Below, one piece after another: positions 35,715 through 44,790 of a stretch of DNA of 64,000 nt; the first letter of the stretch is position 1, and the number at the start of each line of letters is the position of its first letter. Below the pieces are notes generated by a model. The model was not told the origin of the DNA and searched no databases. It worked only from the letters and a program-made list of their open reading frames with translations. Origin of the DNA: an uncultured Woeseiaceae bacterium (GTDB lineage: Bacteria > Pseudomonadota > Gammaproteobacteria > Steroidobacterales > Woeseiaceae); the NCBI GenBank assembly GCA_964528965.1, contig CAZGVL010000006.1:10265-74264 (forward strand). Direction: 5' to 3'. A program made the translations under genes and the position numbers.

Positions 35715-37040
35715 ATGAGAGTTCGATACCTGAGTACTACTACCGCGTTACTCGTGCTGCATGCAGCCACAACTGTATTAGCTGGCGGCCTGAACGCAGA
35801 CGAACAACGTATGGTCGACTGGATTGATGCGAATGCAGCAGTGGCCATCGACTTGCTCGAAGAAACCGTGAGCATCAGCAGCGGCACGATGAATCACCAG
35901 GGCGTTCGAGATGTCGGCGTGGTCATGGGACGAGAGCTTGCTGCGCTTGGCCTGCAAACCGAATGGATCGAGATGCCTGAAGAAATGGGCAGGGCCGGGC
36001 ATATGTTTGGTCGCAAACTCAACGGCAAGGGTCCAAAGTTTCTGATGATTGGTCATCTCGACACTGTTTTCGAAGCGGATGATGGCTTCCAGTCCTACGT
36101 GCGTGAAGGAGATGTGGCGCGGGGTCCGGGCGTTGATGATATGAAGTCGGGCAATGTGATCATTGTTTACGCGCTCAAAGCTCTCGAAGAGATCGGCGCG
36201 CTGGATGACTTGTCCGTGGTCGTTGCTTACACCGGCGATGAAGAGAACGCAGGTTCTCCATTGTCGATTTCAAAGTACGATTTGATTGAAGCGGGTAAGT
36301 GGGCGGACATATCGCTGGGTTTTGAAGGCGCTATTTCAGCAGACGGCCAGGACTGGGCGACGATAGCAAGACGCAGTTCGTCAAACTGGTCGCTTGAGGT
36401 CACCGGGAAGCAAGCGCATTCATCACGAATTTTTGATGACGATGTGGGGCATGGTGCGATCTTCGAGGCCGCTCGAATTCTGCACAGGTTTGATGAGGAG
36501 GTGCGTGGCGAAGAATATCTGACCTTTAACATCGGTTCGATTGTCGGTGGTACCGACGTCACGTATGACGAGCAGAAAAATCGCGGCACGGCGTTTGGCA
36601 AGAGCAATGTCGTGCCTAATCGCGTCATTCTGCATGGCGACATTCGTGCGATATCGCAGGAGCAGTTGGAGCGAACCCGCGACGCCATGCGCGCGATAGT
36701 TGCAGACCACTTGCCGTTGACGGACGCGAGCATTCAGTTTGAAGATCGCTATCCCGCAATGGCGCCAACCGAAGGCAACAGACAATTGCAGGCAGTAATG
36801 TCGCAGGTCAATGAAGATATGGGTCGCGGGCCAATGCCCACCCTTGATCCATCACGTCGTGGTGCTGCCGACGTGTCATTCGTCGCGCCGTACTCGGACT
36901 CGTTGGCGGGGCTGGGTGCTCTGGGCAAGGGCGGTCACACACCGAATGAAAGCCTGGACCTGACCTCGATCCCTGTTTCGATCAAACGTGCGGCGCTATT
37001 GATCTACCGGCTTGCCAACGAAGACCGGGGCGAAGATTAA
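35715..37040 (+). CDS. Exported M20 family metallopeptidase (carboxypeptidase G2-like)
   Basis: 441 aa with a signal peptide (...AATTVLAGG). Motifs: IGHLDTV, GVDDMKSG, GDEENAGS. Confidence 0.85.
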   Translation: MRVRYLSTTTALLVLHAATTVLAGGLNADEQRMVDWIDANAAVAIDLLEETVSISSGTMNHQGVRDVGVVMGRELAALGLQTEWIEMPEEMGRAGHMFGRKLNGKGPKFLMIGHLDTVFEADDGFQSYVREGDVARGPGVDDMKSGNVIIVYALKALEEIGALDDLSVVVAYTGDEENAGSPLSISKYDLIEAGKWADISLGFEGAISADGQDWATIARRSSSNWSLEVTGKQAHSSRIFDDDVGHGAIFEAARILHRFDEEVRGEEYLTFNIGSIVGGTDVTYDEQKNRGTAFGKSNVVPNRVILHGDIRAISQEQLERTRDAMRAIVADHLPLTDASIQFEDRYPAMAPTEGNRQLQAVMSQVNEDMGRGPMPTLDPSRRGAADVSFVAPYSDSLAGLGALGKGGHTPNESLDLTSIPVSIKRAALLIYRLANEDRGED

Positions 37041-37055
37041 TAACGCAGCAGGCTG

Positions 37056-38303
37056 TTACCGAAACCTGTTCAGGTCGGGCGTGAATTCGCGGTCACGGTT
37101 GAACTCCAGTTCGTGTATTGCCTGTCCCAGATCGCGCAGGAAGGGGAGCGCAGTTTCGTCATACTCGTAGTTGTCGTCATTGAAAGTCTCATTCGCATTC
37201 GTGTAGATCGTTGCTGCCAGGATGAATTCAACGCCATTCTCGAAATCGACAATGTATGCGCTGTCGGTCAAGAAGCCGTAAGCATCGCCTGGTTTGTTGA
37301 AAATGCGAATGTGGTCGGGAATGGATGGTGCTGATCCGCCGTAGATGAAGAACTTTACGTAGCCTTCAGGATATTCAGCAGGATCCGAGTATTGTTCGAT
37401 GCCGCTCTCGCTCGGGTACGCCGACATGTTTTCGTAAACAAACTGATAGTCGTCATCCGTAAGGTCGAAACGACGTTCCTCTGTTACAGACGACGGAAAC
37501 ATCAACGCCTGCATTACGTCATGCTGATCCTGCAGCGAGAACACATTGTTGGCACTAAAGTCCTTGGGTCGCGAAAGCCGTTGTCCATCCACCATTTCCG
37601 CGCGGCCGAGGAGTATCGGATCGGTTCCCTCGTATTCGGTCTCGCTGACCTGCGCCGCCTGTTCATAAATGACGCTGTCGTTGCTGACAAATGCGACTGG
37701 GTTCGTTGCACGGTTTTCCTCGGCATTGCGTGCGATCTCAAGTCGATGAAATATGCGGGTGTTCTGTAGACCTTTCTTCCGCAACGATTCATTCAGCTGC
37801 TGCTGACCAATGAACTCGTAGAGCCGATTGTAGGCATCATTGTCGCTGACCAGCAGTACCTTGCGAATGTAATGACCGATGGATGGCAGGCCGTTGGCTG
37901 CGCTCGGGTCTGTGATCACCGGTGTTTGCATGTCGGTCGCAACGTCGGTCAGCATCGTCGTATCTCGGCTAAGGCCGGCAATATTCAGCCCATTCAATTT
38001 CTCGAGGGCTAGCAAAGATGTTGGCAGTTTTACCGTGCTGGCGGGATAGAAATACTCGTCCGGATTGAGGCGATAACTGTAGGACTGGAAACTCGGTTGA
38101 TTGTCGGCATCGCGATCAATCTGCGTGTAGATAATTTGTACGCGGTAGGTCTCGGCGTTATCCAGGATGTTCGAAAAACGTTTCGGCTGGGAGCGCAGGA
38201 AGTCTTCGAGAGAGCCATGCCATTCGTCGTTCGGCTGACATGCGCCGAGCAACCCGGATGTCGCAAGAAGAACTACTGCCAAACGAGAAATGCTCATCGT
38301 CAT
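37056..38303 (-). CDS. Lipoprotein serine hydrolase, class A beta-lactamase/DD-peptidase-like
   Basis: 415 aa with lipobox LLATSGLLGAC. Motifs: SxxK (ASTVKL), SDN (LLVSDNDAY) and a KTG-equivalent (NKPGDAYG). The start overlaps the ldcA stop (ATGA). Confidence 0.8.
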   Translation of the reverse strand: MTMSISRLAVVLLATSGLLGACQPNDEWHGSLEDFLRSQPKRFSNILDNAETYRVQIIYTQIDRDADNQPSFQSYSYRLNPDEYFYPASTVKLPTSLLALEKLNGLNIAGLSRDTTMLTDVATDMQTPVITDPSAANGLPSIGHYIRKVLLVSDNDAYNRLYEFIGQQQLNESLRKKGLQNTRIFHRLEIARNAEENRATNPVAFVSNDSVIYEQAAQVSETEYEGTDPILLGRAEMVDGQRLSRPKDFSANNVFSLQDQHDVMQALMFPSSVTEERRFDLTDDDYQFVYENMSAYPSESGIEQYSDPAEYPEGYVKFFIYGGSAPSIPDHIRIFNKPGDAYGFLTDSAYIVDFENGVEFILAATIYTNANETFNDDNYEYDETALPFLRDLGQAIHELEFNRDREFTPDLNRFR

Positions 38304-39343
38304 GCAACGGCTGCCTCCAACAGCTGCAGCGTTCCGGCATCAACGTTCAGCTCTGCCTCGATACCGACAGGCACCACCGTCTGGTCGTCAACATGGCCAA
38401 ACATCAGCCCACGAATGACCGGAACACCGAGGTTGGCGCAGCGATCGCGAAAAACCTCTTCGAGGCTGAACGTATTGCCGCTGGACTCACTGTCTGTGAA
38501 CTTTCCGAAGGCTATTCCAGCAACCTGCTGCAACTTGTTGGCGAGCAATAGCTGCGTCAACATGCGGTCAACACGGTAGGGTGCCTCCCCAACGTCTTCG
38601 AGAAACAGGATGCGGTTCGCAAACTCCGGTTCGTAGTCGGTTCCCATCAGACTGGCAATCAACGAGAGGTTGCCGCCGACAAGAGGGCCCCGTGCGGTAC
38701 CGCCGACAATGCGCGTGATTCGATTCTCCGTATCAATCTTGCCCTCGCCAGCTTCGAATGGCGGCGCCGCAGCAATAAAGGTCCGCGGCGTTGGCTCCAT
38801 CAAGACTTTCTTGAATTCTGCCAGCGTGTAATCAGAAAAATTCTCTATAGCAATAGGGCCGTGATATCCGACCAGACCCGTCTTGGCGTGAATGGCGGTG
38901 ATGATCGCGGTGATATCGCTGTAGCCGAGCAACACCTTCGGATTTCGCGAAATCAGCTCATAGTCGAGAAAGGGCAGGATGCGGGGAGTTCCGTAGCCGC
39001 CGCGCAGACAAATGATGGCGTCAACGTCGCTATCCGCGAACATGCTGTTCACATCGTCAGCACGTTGCTGATCCGTTCCGGCCAGGTAGGCGGTGCGGGC
39101 AAACAGGTGTTTACCGTGTTTCACATTGAAGCCAAGCGACTTGATGATGTCGGTTGCCGCTCGGATGTCTTCGTCTTCTGTCGCGTTACTGGCTGGCGCG
39201 ATCATGCCGAGAGTATCGCCTTTCTTCAGGCGAGCCGGCTTAATGATTTCAGGCGATGCTGTTGCCGCGGCGGCCTGAGATACTGAGATTGCGCCGACGA
39301 GTGAAGCGGCGATGGCGGACTGTATAGCTGTTCTACGGTTCAT
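38300..39343 (-). CDS. ldcA: LD-carboxypeptidase (peptidase S66) with a Tat-like signal peptide
   Basis: 347 aa. The N-terminus is MNRRTAIQSAIAASLVGAISVSQAAAA. The nucleophile motif is LLGYSDITAI and the C-terminal part has ...GLMFGHVDDQ (catalytic His). Confidence 0.85.
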   Translation of the reverse strand: MNRRTAIQSAIAASLVGAISVSQAAAATASPEIIKPARLKKGDTLGMIAPASNATEDEDIRAATDIIKSLGFNVKHGKHLFARTAYLAGTDQQRADDVNSMFADSDVDAIICLRGGYGTPRILPFLDYELISRNPKVLLGYSDITAIITAIHAKTGLVGYHGPIAIENFSDYTLAEFKKVLMEPTPRTFIAAAPPFEAGEGKIDTENRITRIVGGTARGPLVGGNLSLIASLMGTDYEPEFANRILFLEDVGEAPYRVDRMLTQLLLANKLQQVAGIAFGKFTDSESSGNTFSLEEVFRDRCANLGVPVIRGLMFGHVDDQTVVPVGIEAELNVDAGTLQLLEAAVA

Positions 39344-39519
39344 GAGTGAGTTTGACGCCTGGCCGATTCGGGAGCTGCAAACGGTAACAGCTTGATTTCA
39401 TCTTGTGTAGCGGCCTGCAGTCTGTGCCTGCAAAATTTTTCCTGAGCAGCCATGCTGCGGAGTCAACATAAGTCCTTATGACGAATGGATTCGTTGCAAC
39501 AGGAACAAATTGGACTATT

Positions 39520-40374
39520 ATGACCGCCATGTCCTGCCTCTCTGTTATTCATTCTGCTCGCGACGTTATGTCGGCAAATGAGAAGAAGCTCGCCGATTTC
39601 GTGCTCGAGAACGCGCCCTTGATTCGCGATTACTCGTCGCAGCAGATCGCCAGAGCCGTTGGCGTTAGCCAGTCCAGTGTCGTGAAGTTCAGCCAAAAAC
39701 TGGGTTACAGGGGTTTCACTGATTTGAAACTCGCAGTACATGAGTCGGTGGTAATTCAGGAGACCAGCGAATCTGCAACGCACAATAACGCTGACGTGTT
39801 CGACGAAGAACAACCCATCAACGACTGGTTGTGTACGAGAAAGCGCGAGGCGTTGAACAATGTTTCTCAAATAAACAATAACGATACGGTGCTGGCTGCC
39901 GTGCGTGCTATCGAGGTTGCTTCGAGGGTGCAGATAGTCGGTACTGGTAGCGCCGGGCTGGTGGCAAAGGATATGTCGTACAAGCTTATCGAGCTTGGTA
40001 AGTCTGTGGTTGCAGAGAGTGATCGAGAGGTGCAGCTACTCGGCATTGACGCGTTGCGACAGAATGACTGTCTGGTCGTTATTTCCAGATCGGGGCAGGC
40101 ATCCCATATTGTGGATGCGGCGAAGTTGGCCAGGAAAGCCGGTGCAGTCGTAGTATCGATAACGAACCAGTGGGCCAATCCGCTCGGCGCGATTTCGGAT
40201 ATTCGTCTGTATTCATTTTCCAATGGCGACAGCCCGCATATCACCAATCTTATCGTCGCGGCGTCGCAGCAACACCTGATTGATCTTATCTACTGCACAC
40301 TGCGCCAGCGAGCGAGTCGCGGCAAGAAACCGACCATGCTGGATGAACGAAAGAGCGTAAGCGGCCAGCAGTAA
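39520..40374 (+). CDS. MurR/RpiR-family transcriptional regulator (HTH_6 + SIS)
   Basis: ...LSVIHSARDVMSANEKKLADFVLENAPLIRDYSSQQIARAVGVSQSSVVKFSQKLGYRGFTDLKLAV is the RpiR HTH pattern, and the SIS domain follows (VQIVGTGSAGLVAKD...VVISRSGQ). The start is ambiguous: 39478, 39520 or 39529. Confidence 0.85.
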   Translation: MTAMSCLSVIHSARDVMSANEKKLADFVLENAPLIRDYSSQQIARAVGVSQSSVVKFSQKLGYRGFTDLKLAVHESVVIQETSESATHNNADVFDEEQPINDWLCTRKREALNNVSQINNNDTVLAAVRAIEVASRVQIVGTGSAGLVAKDMSYKLIELGKSVVAESDREVQLLGIDALRQNDCLVVISRSGQASHIVDAAKLARKAGAVVVSITNQWANPLGAISDIRLYSFSNGDSPHITNLIVAASQQHLIDLIYCTLRQRASRGKKPTMLDERKSVSGQQ

Positions 40375-40387
40375 AGCCTCGCAGGCG

Positions 40388-41647
40388 TCAGGGCTGGTCC
40401 ATTCCAATAATGCTGTCGTAGTCGGGTCTGGCGCGGACTACTCTAAACTCATCATTACTGACCATAACTTCCGGCACCAGTGGGCGCGTGTTGTACCCCG
40501 ATGCCATGACGCTGCCGTAGGCGCCGGCCCCCTCAATAATGACGAGGTCACCTGCGTGTTGTCTGCTCAGTCGACGCTCGCGGGCAAAGGTATCGCCGGT
40601 TTCGCAGACCGGGCCAACCACGTCATACACGACCTCGTCATCGCTGCTTTGTGTTTCAGCGGAAATATGGTGAAAGGCGTCGTACATGCTGGGTCGCAGG
40701 AAGTCGTTCATGGCAGCATCGATGATCAGGAACGTCACGCCCGCACCTTCTTTGACGTAAATCACGCTGCCAACGAGTACGCCTGCATTGCCGACGATGG
40801 ACCGTCCTGGCTCGAGAATAAAACGGCAGTTAAGATGGCCGAGCTTGTTAGCGGCCAGTGCTGCATATTGCTCGATGGCAGGTGCACGATCATTACTTGC
40901 GTCGTAATTAATGCCGAGCCCGCCGCCAAGGTCCACAGTAGAGATCGAGTGCCCATCTTCCTGAAGTTGCTGCACGAGCGCTGCGATGCGCTCGAAGGCC
41001 TGCGCGTAGGGGTCAAGGCTCATAATCTGTGAGCCAATGTGAATGTCGATTCCAGAAACGGCAATTCCCGGCAGTGCGGCTGCCGCCGAGTAGGCTTCGC
41101 GAGCAGATTGCCACGGAATACCAAACTTGTTTTCCGACTTGCCGGTAGATATTTTCTCATGCGTACCGGCATCAATATCCGGATTGATCCTGAATGCGAT
41201 ACGTGCGGTCTTGCCAAGGCGGTCGGCAGCAGCGCTTATCTGATGCAGCTCAGGTATCGATTCCACGTTGAAGCACAGGATATCGTTGTGTAGCGCAAAC
41301 TCGATTTCGGGCAGCGTCTTTGCCACTCCGGAGTACACGATTTTCGACGATGGTATGCCTGCCAGTAGCGCGCGTCGCAGCTCACCTTCTGAAACTACAT
41401 CAGCGCCTGCACCGCGTGATGCCAGTAAGCCAATAACCGCCTGATTTGAATTCGCTTTAACGGCGTAGCAAACCAGAGTTTCGAGTTCACTAAAAGCCGA
41501 CGCATAGGCATCGTATGCGGTTTCGATCGCCGCCTGCGAATAGCAGTAAAAAGGCGTCGCACAGGACTGTTCGATGCGCCGCACCGGCACATTCTCGACG
41601 CAGTATTCTCCACCCTTGTATGTGAAATCCGGCACTCGAGCCTCCAT
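40388..41647 (-). CDS. lysA: Diaminopimelate decarboxylase (type III PLP enzyme)
   Basis: 419 aa. Motifs: CYAVKANSNQAV (PLP Lys), DLGGGLGINY, ...EPGRSIVG..., CETGD. Full-length LysA-like; substrate specificity is not proven. Confidence 0.8.
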   Translation of the reverse strand: MEARVPDFTYKGGEYCVENVPVRRIEQSCATPFYCYSQAAIETAYDAYASAFSELETLVCYAVKANSNQAVIGLLASRGAGADVVSEGELRRALLAGIPSSKIVYSGVAKTLPEIEFALHNDILCFNVESIPELHQISAAADRLGKTARIAFRINPDIDAGTHEKISTGKSENKFGIPWQSAREAYSAAAALPGIAVSGIDIHIGSQIMSLDPYAQAFERIAALVQQLQEDGHSISTVDLGGGLGINYDASNDRAPAIEQYAALAANKLGHLNCRFILEPGRSIVGNAGVLVGSVIYVKEGAGVTFLIIDAAMNDFLRPSMYDAFHHISAETQSSDDEVVYDVVGPVCETGDTFARERRLSRQHAGDLVIIEGAGAYGSVMASGYNTRPLVPEVMVSNDEFRVVRARPDYDSIIGMDQP

Positions 41648-41800
41648 CTCAATCAGCAGCGAGCGAATTCTACATTAGTTGACTGGCGTTGAACGAAAGA
41701 TTAGTTTGCTGCGTCAACGCAAAGAGAGTTTGCGGGCCGCGAGAACGCCAGACAACAATAACGACTAACCGCTTCGCCCAATAAATGAGTAACTAAAGTT

Positions 41801-43177
41801 ATGACCGCCGACTGGACAACTGTTCTCCCACCGTTGGTCGCAATAGCGGCAGTGTTGTGGCGCAAGGAAGTCATTGTCTCACTGGTTCTGGCAATTTTTA
41901 CGGCCGAGCTGTTGCAGATTACATTAACCTGGACCGCACCACTTCCGGCGATGTTGAACACTATCGAACGAACCGTGGGCGTGTTCGGCGATGCCGGCAA
42001 CGCCCGTCTGCTGATATTCAGTTTGCTGATTGGGGCGCTACTCGGGTTCGTGCGCGAATCGGGCGGAGTTGGCGCGATGGTTGCGAAGCTGGTCAACAAA
42101 GGCATTGCACGAACTGCCAGGCGCACAACTTTGCTAACCAGCGCGGTGGGTACCATCGTTTTCGTTGAATCTAATCTGAGCGTACTGACGGCTGGAATAC
42201 TGTCACGTGGATTGTTCGACAAGTTTGGTCTGAGCAGGGCCAAGCTTGCTTACATCATTGACAGTACGTCCGCACCGATCTGTATTCTTATCTTGCTGAA
42301 CGGCTGGGGTGCTTTCGTTCTGGCACTGCTTAGCGATTATGATTTGAACGCGTCTGCTGCAACGATCTTGTGGGGCACAGTACATCTTAATTTTTACGCC
42401 ATCGTAACTCTGATAATCGTCTTCTATACCGCGTACAGCGGCAAGTACTATGGGCCGCTCGCTCGCAGTGTGCCGGAAACGAGCGAAGTTACAGCAGAGA
42501 TTACGGAGGTCGCGGCCTCGAAGGCGCGCTACATGGTGGTACCTCTGGCCGTCATGATTTTCGGTATGCTCGGTTTCATGTACTGGACGGGCAACGGCGA
42601 TCTCGCCGCCGGCAGTGGTTCCAAATCTGTCCTGTATGCAACCGTGCTGGCGATTCTCGTGGCGTATTTTCAGCTGATTTTCAGCGGTCTGTTCGATCAC
42701 CTGAAGCTCGTCAGGATAGGCTTTGACGGCATGGGTGAGTTGCTGCCGCTGGTCGCCATTGTGCTGCTGGCACTTGCGCTGGGATCGAGTCTGCGTGATC
42801 TCGGTACCGGTGTATACATTGCCGGCCTGGTTGGCGAAAACCTGCCGCTGTTCCTGATACCGGCGACGCTGTTTCTTGCCGGCGCCTTAATATCATTCTC
42901 GACGGGGACGTCATGGGGCACGTTCGCCATCCTCATTCCACTGGGCATGCCTTTGGCGGTATCGATGGAACTGCCGCCGTCACTACTATTGGGCGCTATA
43001 CTCGGTGGTGGCGTATTTGGCGATCACTGTTCCCCGATATCCGATACGACCGCGATATCGGCAATTGCGTCGGGATGCGATCTTCTTGAGCACGTCAAGA
43101 CGCAGCTGCCGTATGCATTGTTTGGCGGCGCTATCGCCTTTGTCATGTACATTGTCGCCGGGCTTGTTCTGCTCTAG
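41801..43177 (+). CDS. NhaC-family antiporter/transporter
   Basis: 458 aa, polytopic. Has the characteristic GGGVFGDHCSPISDTT motif near the C-terminus. Confidence 0.8.
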   Translation: MTADWTTVLPPLVAIAAVLWRKEVIVSLVLAIFTAELLQITLTWTAPLPAMLNTIERTVGVFGDAGNARLLIFSLLIGALLGFVRESGGVGAMVAKLVNKGIARTARRTTLLTSAVGTIVFVESNLSVLTAGILSRGLFDKFGLSRAKLAYIIDSTSAPICILILLNGWGAFVLALLSDYDLNASAATILWGTVHLNFYAIVTLIIVFYTAYSGKYYGPLARSVPETSEVTAEITEVAASKARYMVVPLAVMIFGMLGFMYWTGNGDLAAGSGSKSVLYATVLAILVAYFQLIFSGLFDHLKLVRIGFDGMGELLPLVAIVLLALALGSSLRDLGTGVYIAGLVGENLPLFLIPATLFLAGALISFSTGTSWGTFAILIPLGMPLAVSMELPPSLLLGAILGGGVFGDHCSPISDTTAISAIASGCDLLEHVKTQLPYALFGGAIAFVMYIVAGLVLL

Positions 43178-43200
43178 AGCTGCGGATTAAAAGGGACACT

Positions 43201-44787
43201 GTGATGAGACCGACCCGAAACTCCTTGCTGGTTTTCTGCCTGCTGGCGACGACTGTTGTTGCTGCTGAGACAGCGCAAGCGCAACTCGAACCACATTCGA
43301 TCGACGACGTCGCGGAACGTGTCATGGCTTTGTACTCTGTTCCGGGTATGGCCGTTGGCGTTATCAAGGACGGGGAGGTGATCTTCTCCAGCGGCTACGG
43401 TGTCAGGGAGCTTGGCAAGTCCGAGCGCATCGACGACGAGACGATGTTTAAGATCGCTTCGAATACCAAGGCGTTTACGACGGCGTCGCTCGCCTTGCTT
43501 GTCGACGAAGGCAAGTTGAACTGGGATGACAAGGTCATCGACCATATCCCGAACTTTCGAATGTACGACCCCTGGGTTACGCGCGAGTTTACGGTTATCG
43601 ATCTGCTGACGCATCGCAGCGGCCTGGCACCCTACGCTGGCGACATGATGTTGTGGCCAGAGCCCAACGATTTTTCGCGTACAGATATTTTGCACAATCT
43701 GCGTTACTTCAAGCCGAACAGCAGTTTTCGCAGCAAGTACGCCTACGACAATCTCCTGTACATTATTGCTGGCGAGCTGGTTCCGGCTGTTACCGGGAAA
43801 TCCTGGGAAGAGTTTGTCGATGAGCGTATTTTTGATGCCCTGGATGCCGAGCACTGCATTGCCGGCAAGATGTCGAAGCGGGATATGAAAAACCTGGCGG
43901 CACCGCATGGCGTGATCGAGGGCGAGTTGCAGGTGATCGAGCGCAGCCGCATCGTTGCGGAGCCGAATGCTTCAGCGCCCGCCGGAGGTATTCGCTGCGG
44001 TCTCAAAGACATGCTGGCCTGGATTCAGGTGCAATTGAATCACGGCACGACAAAGTCGGGTGAGGTACTTTTCAGTCGCCAGCAAAGTGAAGCAATGTGG
44101 AAGCCCAGAATCCTGCTTGGCGTGTCGGAGCAAAGCATCGAGCGAGACCGGACACACCTGCGAGCCTATGGTTTGGGATGGCGGCTCGGGGATGTGCATG
44201 GCTATCACGAGGTTTCCCATACTGGCACATTGTCGGGGTGGAATTCCTACGCTGTCATGATTCCGGAATTGCAGCTCGGCGTGGTGGTATTGACCAACGG
44301 CTCGTCGGGCTCGGCCAGGCAGGCAATGATGTACAGCATCGTGCGGCCCTATCTCGGTATCACTGGCGTCGACTGGATCGACTACATCGAGGAACAGAAT
44401 CGGAAGGATCGCGAGGCCGACTCCGAAGCAGAGTTCGAAGCACCCGAACTATGTGAGAGCTGTGATCCCGGAAGTGTTTTGGCGCCACTCGGGACTTATG
44501 CGGGTACCTACCGGGATCGTTGGTTTGGCGACTTCACGATTACGTTGCAGGGTGAGCAGTTGTTGATCGCTGCCGCCAAGTCACCACGACTGGTGGGCGT
44601 GCTTGAGCCCTATTTGGGCAATACATTTATTGCTCGTTGGACAGATCGTTCGATCGAAGGCGACGCCTATGTCAGCTTTAGTGGAGCAACGCCGAATTCG
44701 ATTGATCGCATGGCGATGCGTGCCATTGACGATAGTAGTGATTTCGACTTTACGGATATGCAACTTCTGCGTGTTGAAGAGGATTAG
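43201..44787 (+). CDS. Exported serine hydrolase, class C beta-lactamase/DD-peptidase-like with an extra C-terminal domain
   Basis: 528 aa with a Sec signal (...TVVAAETAQAQ). Motifs: SxxK (ASNTKAFT), YxN (YAYDNL), HTG (VSHTGTLSG). The roughly 130-aa C-terminal lipocalin-like extension resembles DUF3471. Confidence 0.8.
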   Translation: MMRPTRNSLLVFCLLATTVVAAETAQAQLEPHSIDDVAERVMALYSVPGMAVGVIKDGEVIFSSGYGVRELGKSERIDDETMFKIASNTKAFTTASLALLVDEGKLNWDDKVIDHIPNFRMYDPWVTREFTVIDLLTHRSGLAPYAGDMMLWPEPNDFSRTDILHNLRYFKPNSSFRSKYAYDNLLYIIAGELVPAVTGKSWEEFVDERIFDALDAEHCIAGKMSKRDMKNLAAPHGVIEGELQVIERSRIVAEPNASAPAGGIRCGLKDMLAWIQVQLNHGTTKSGEVLFSRQQSEAMWKPRILLGVSEQSIERDRTHLRAYGLGWRLGDVHGYHEVSHTGTLSGWNSYAVMIPELQLGVVVLTNGSSGSARQAMMYSIVRPYLGITGVDWIDYIEEQNRKDREADSEAEFEAPELCESCDPGSVLAPLGTYAGTYRDRWFGDFTITLQGEQLLIAAAKSPRLVGVLEPYLGNTFIARWTDRSIEGDAYVSFSGATPNSIDRMAMRAIDDSSDFDFTDMQLLRVEED

Positions 44788-44790
44788 CCC

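Noticed and set aside
43174-43908. 244-aa minus-strand ORF
   Set aside because: Antisense to the class-C-like serine hydrolase, whose SxxK, YxN and HTG motifs validate the + frame.
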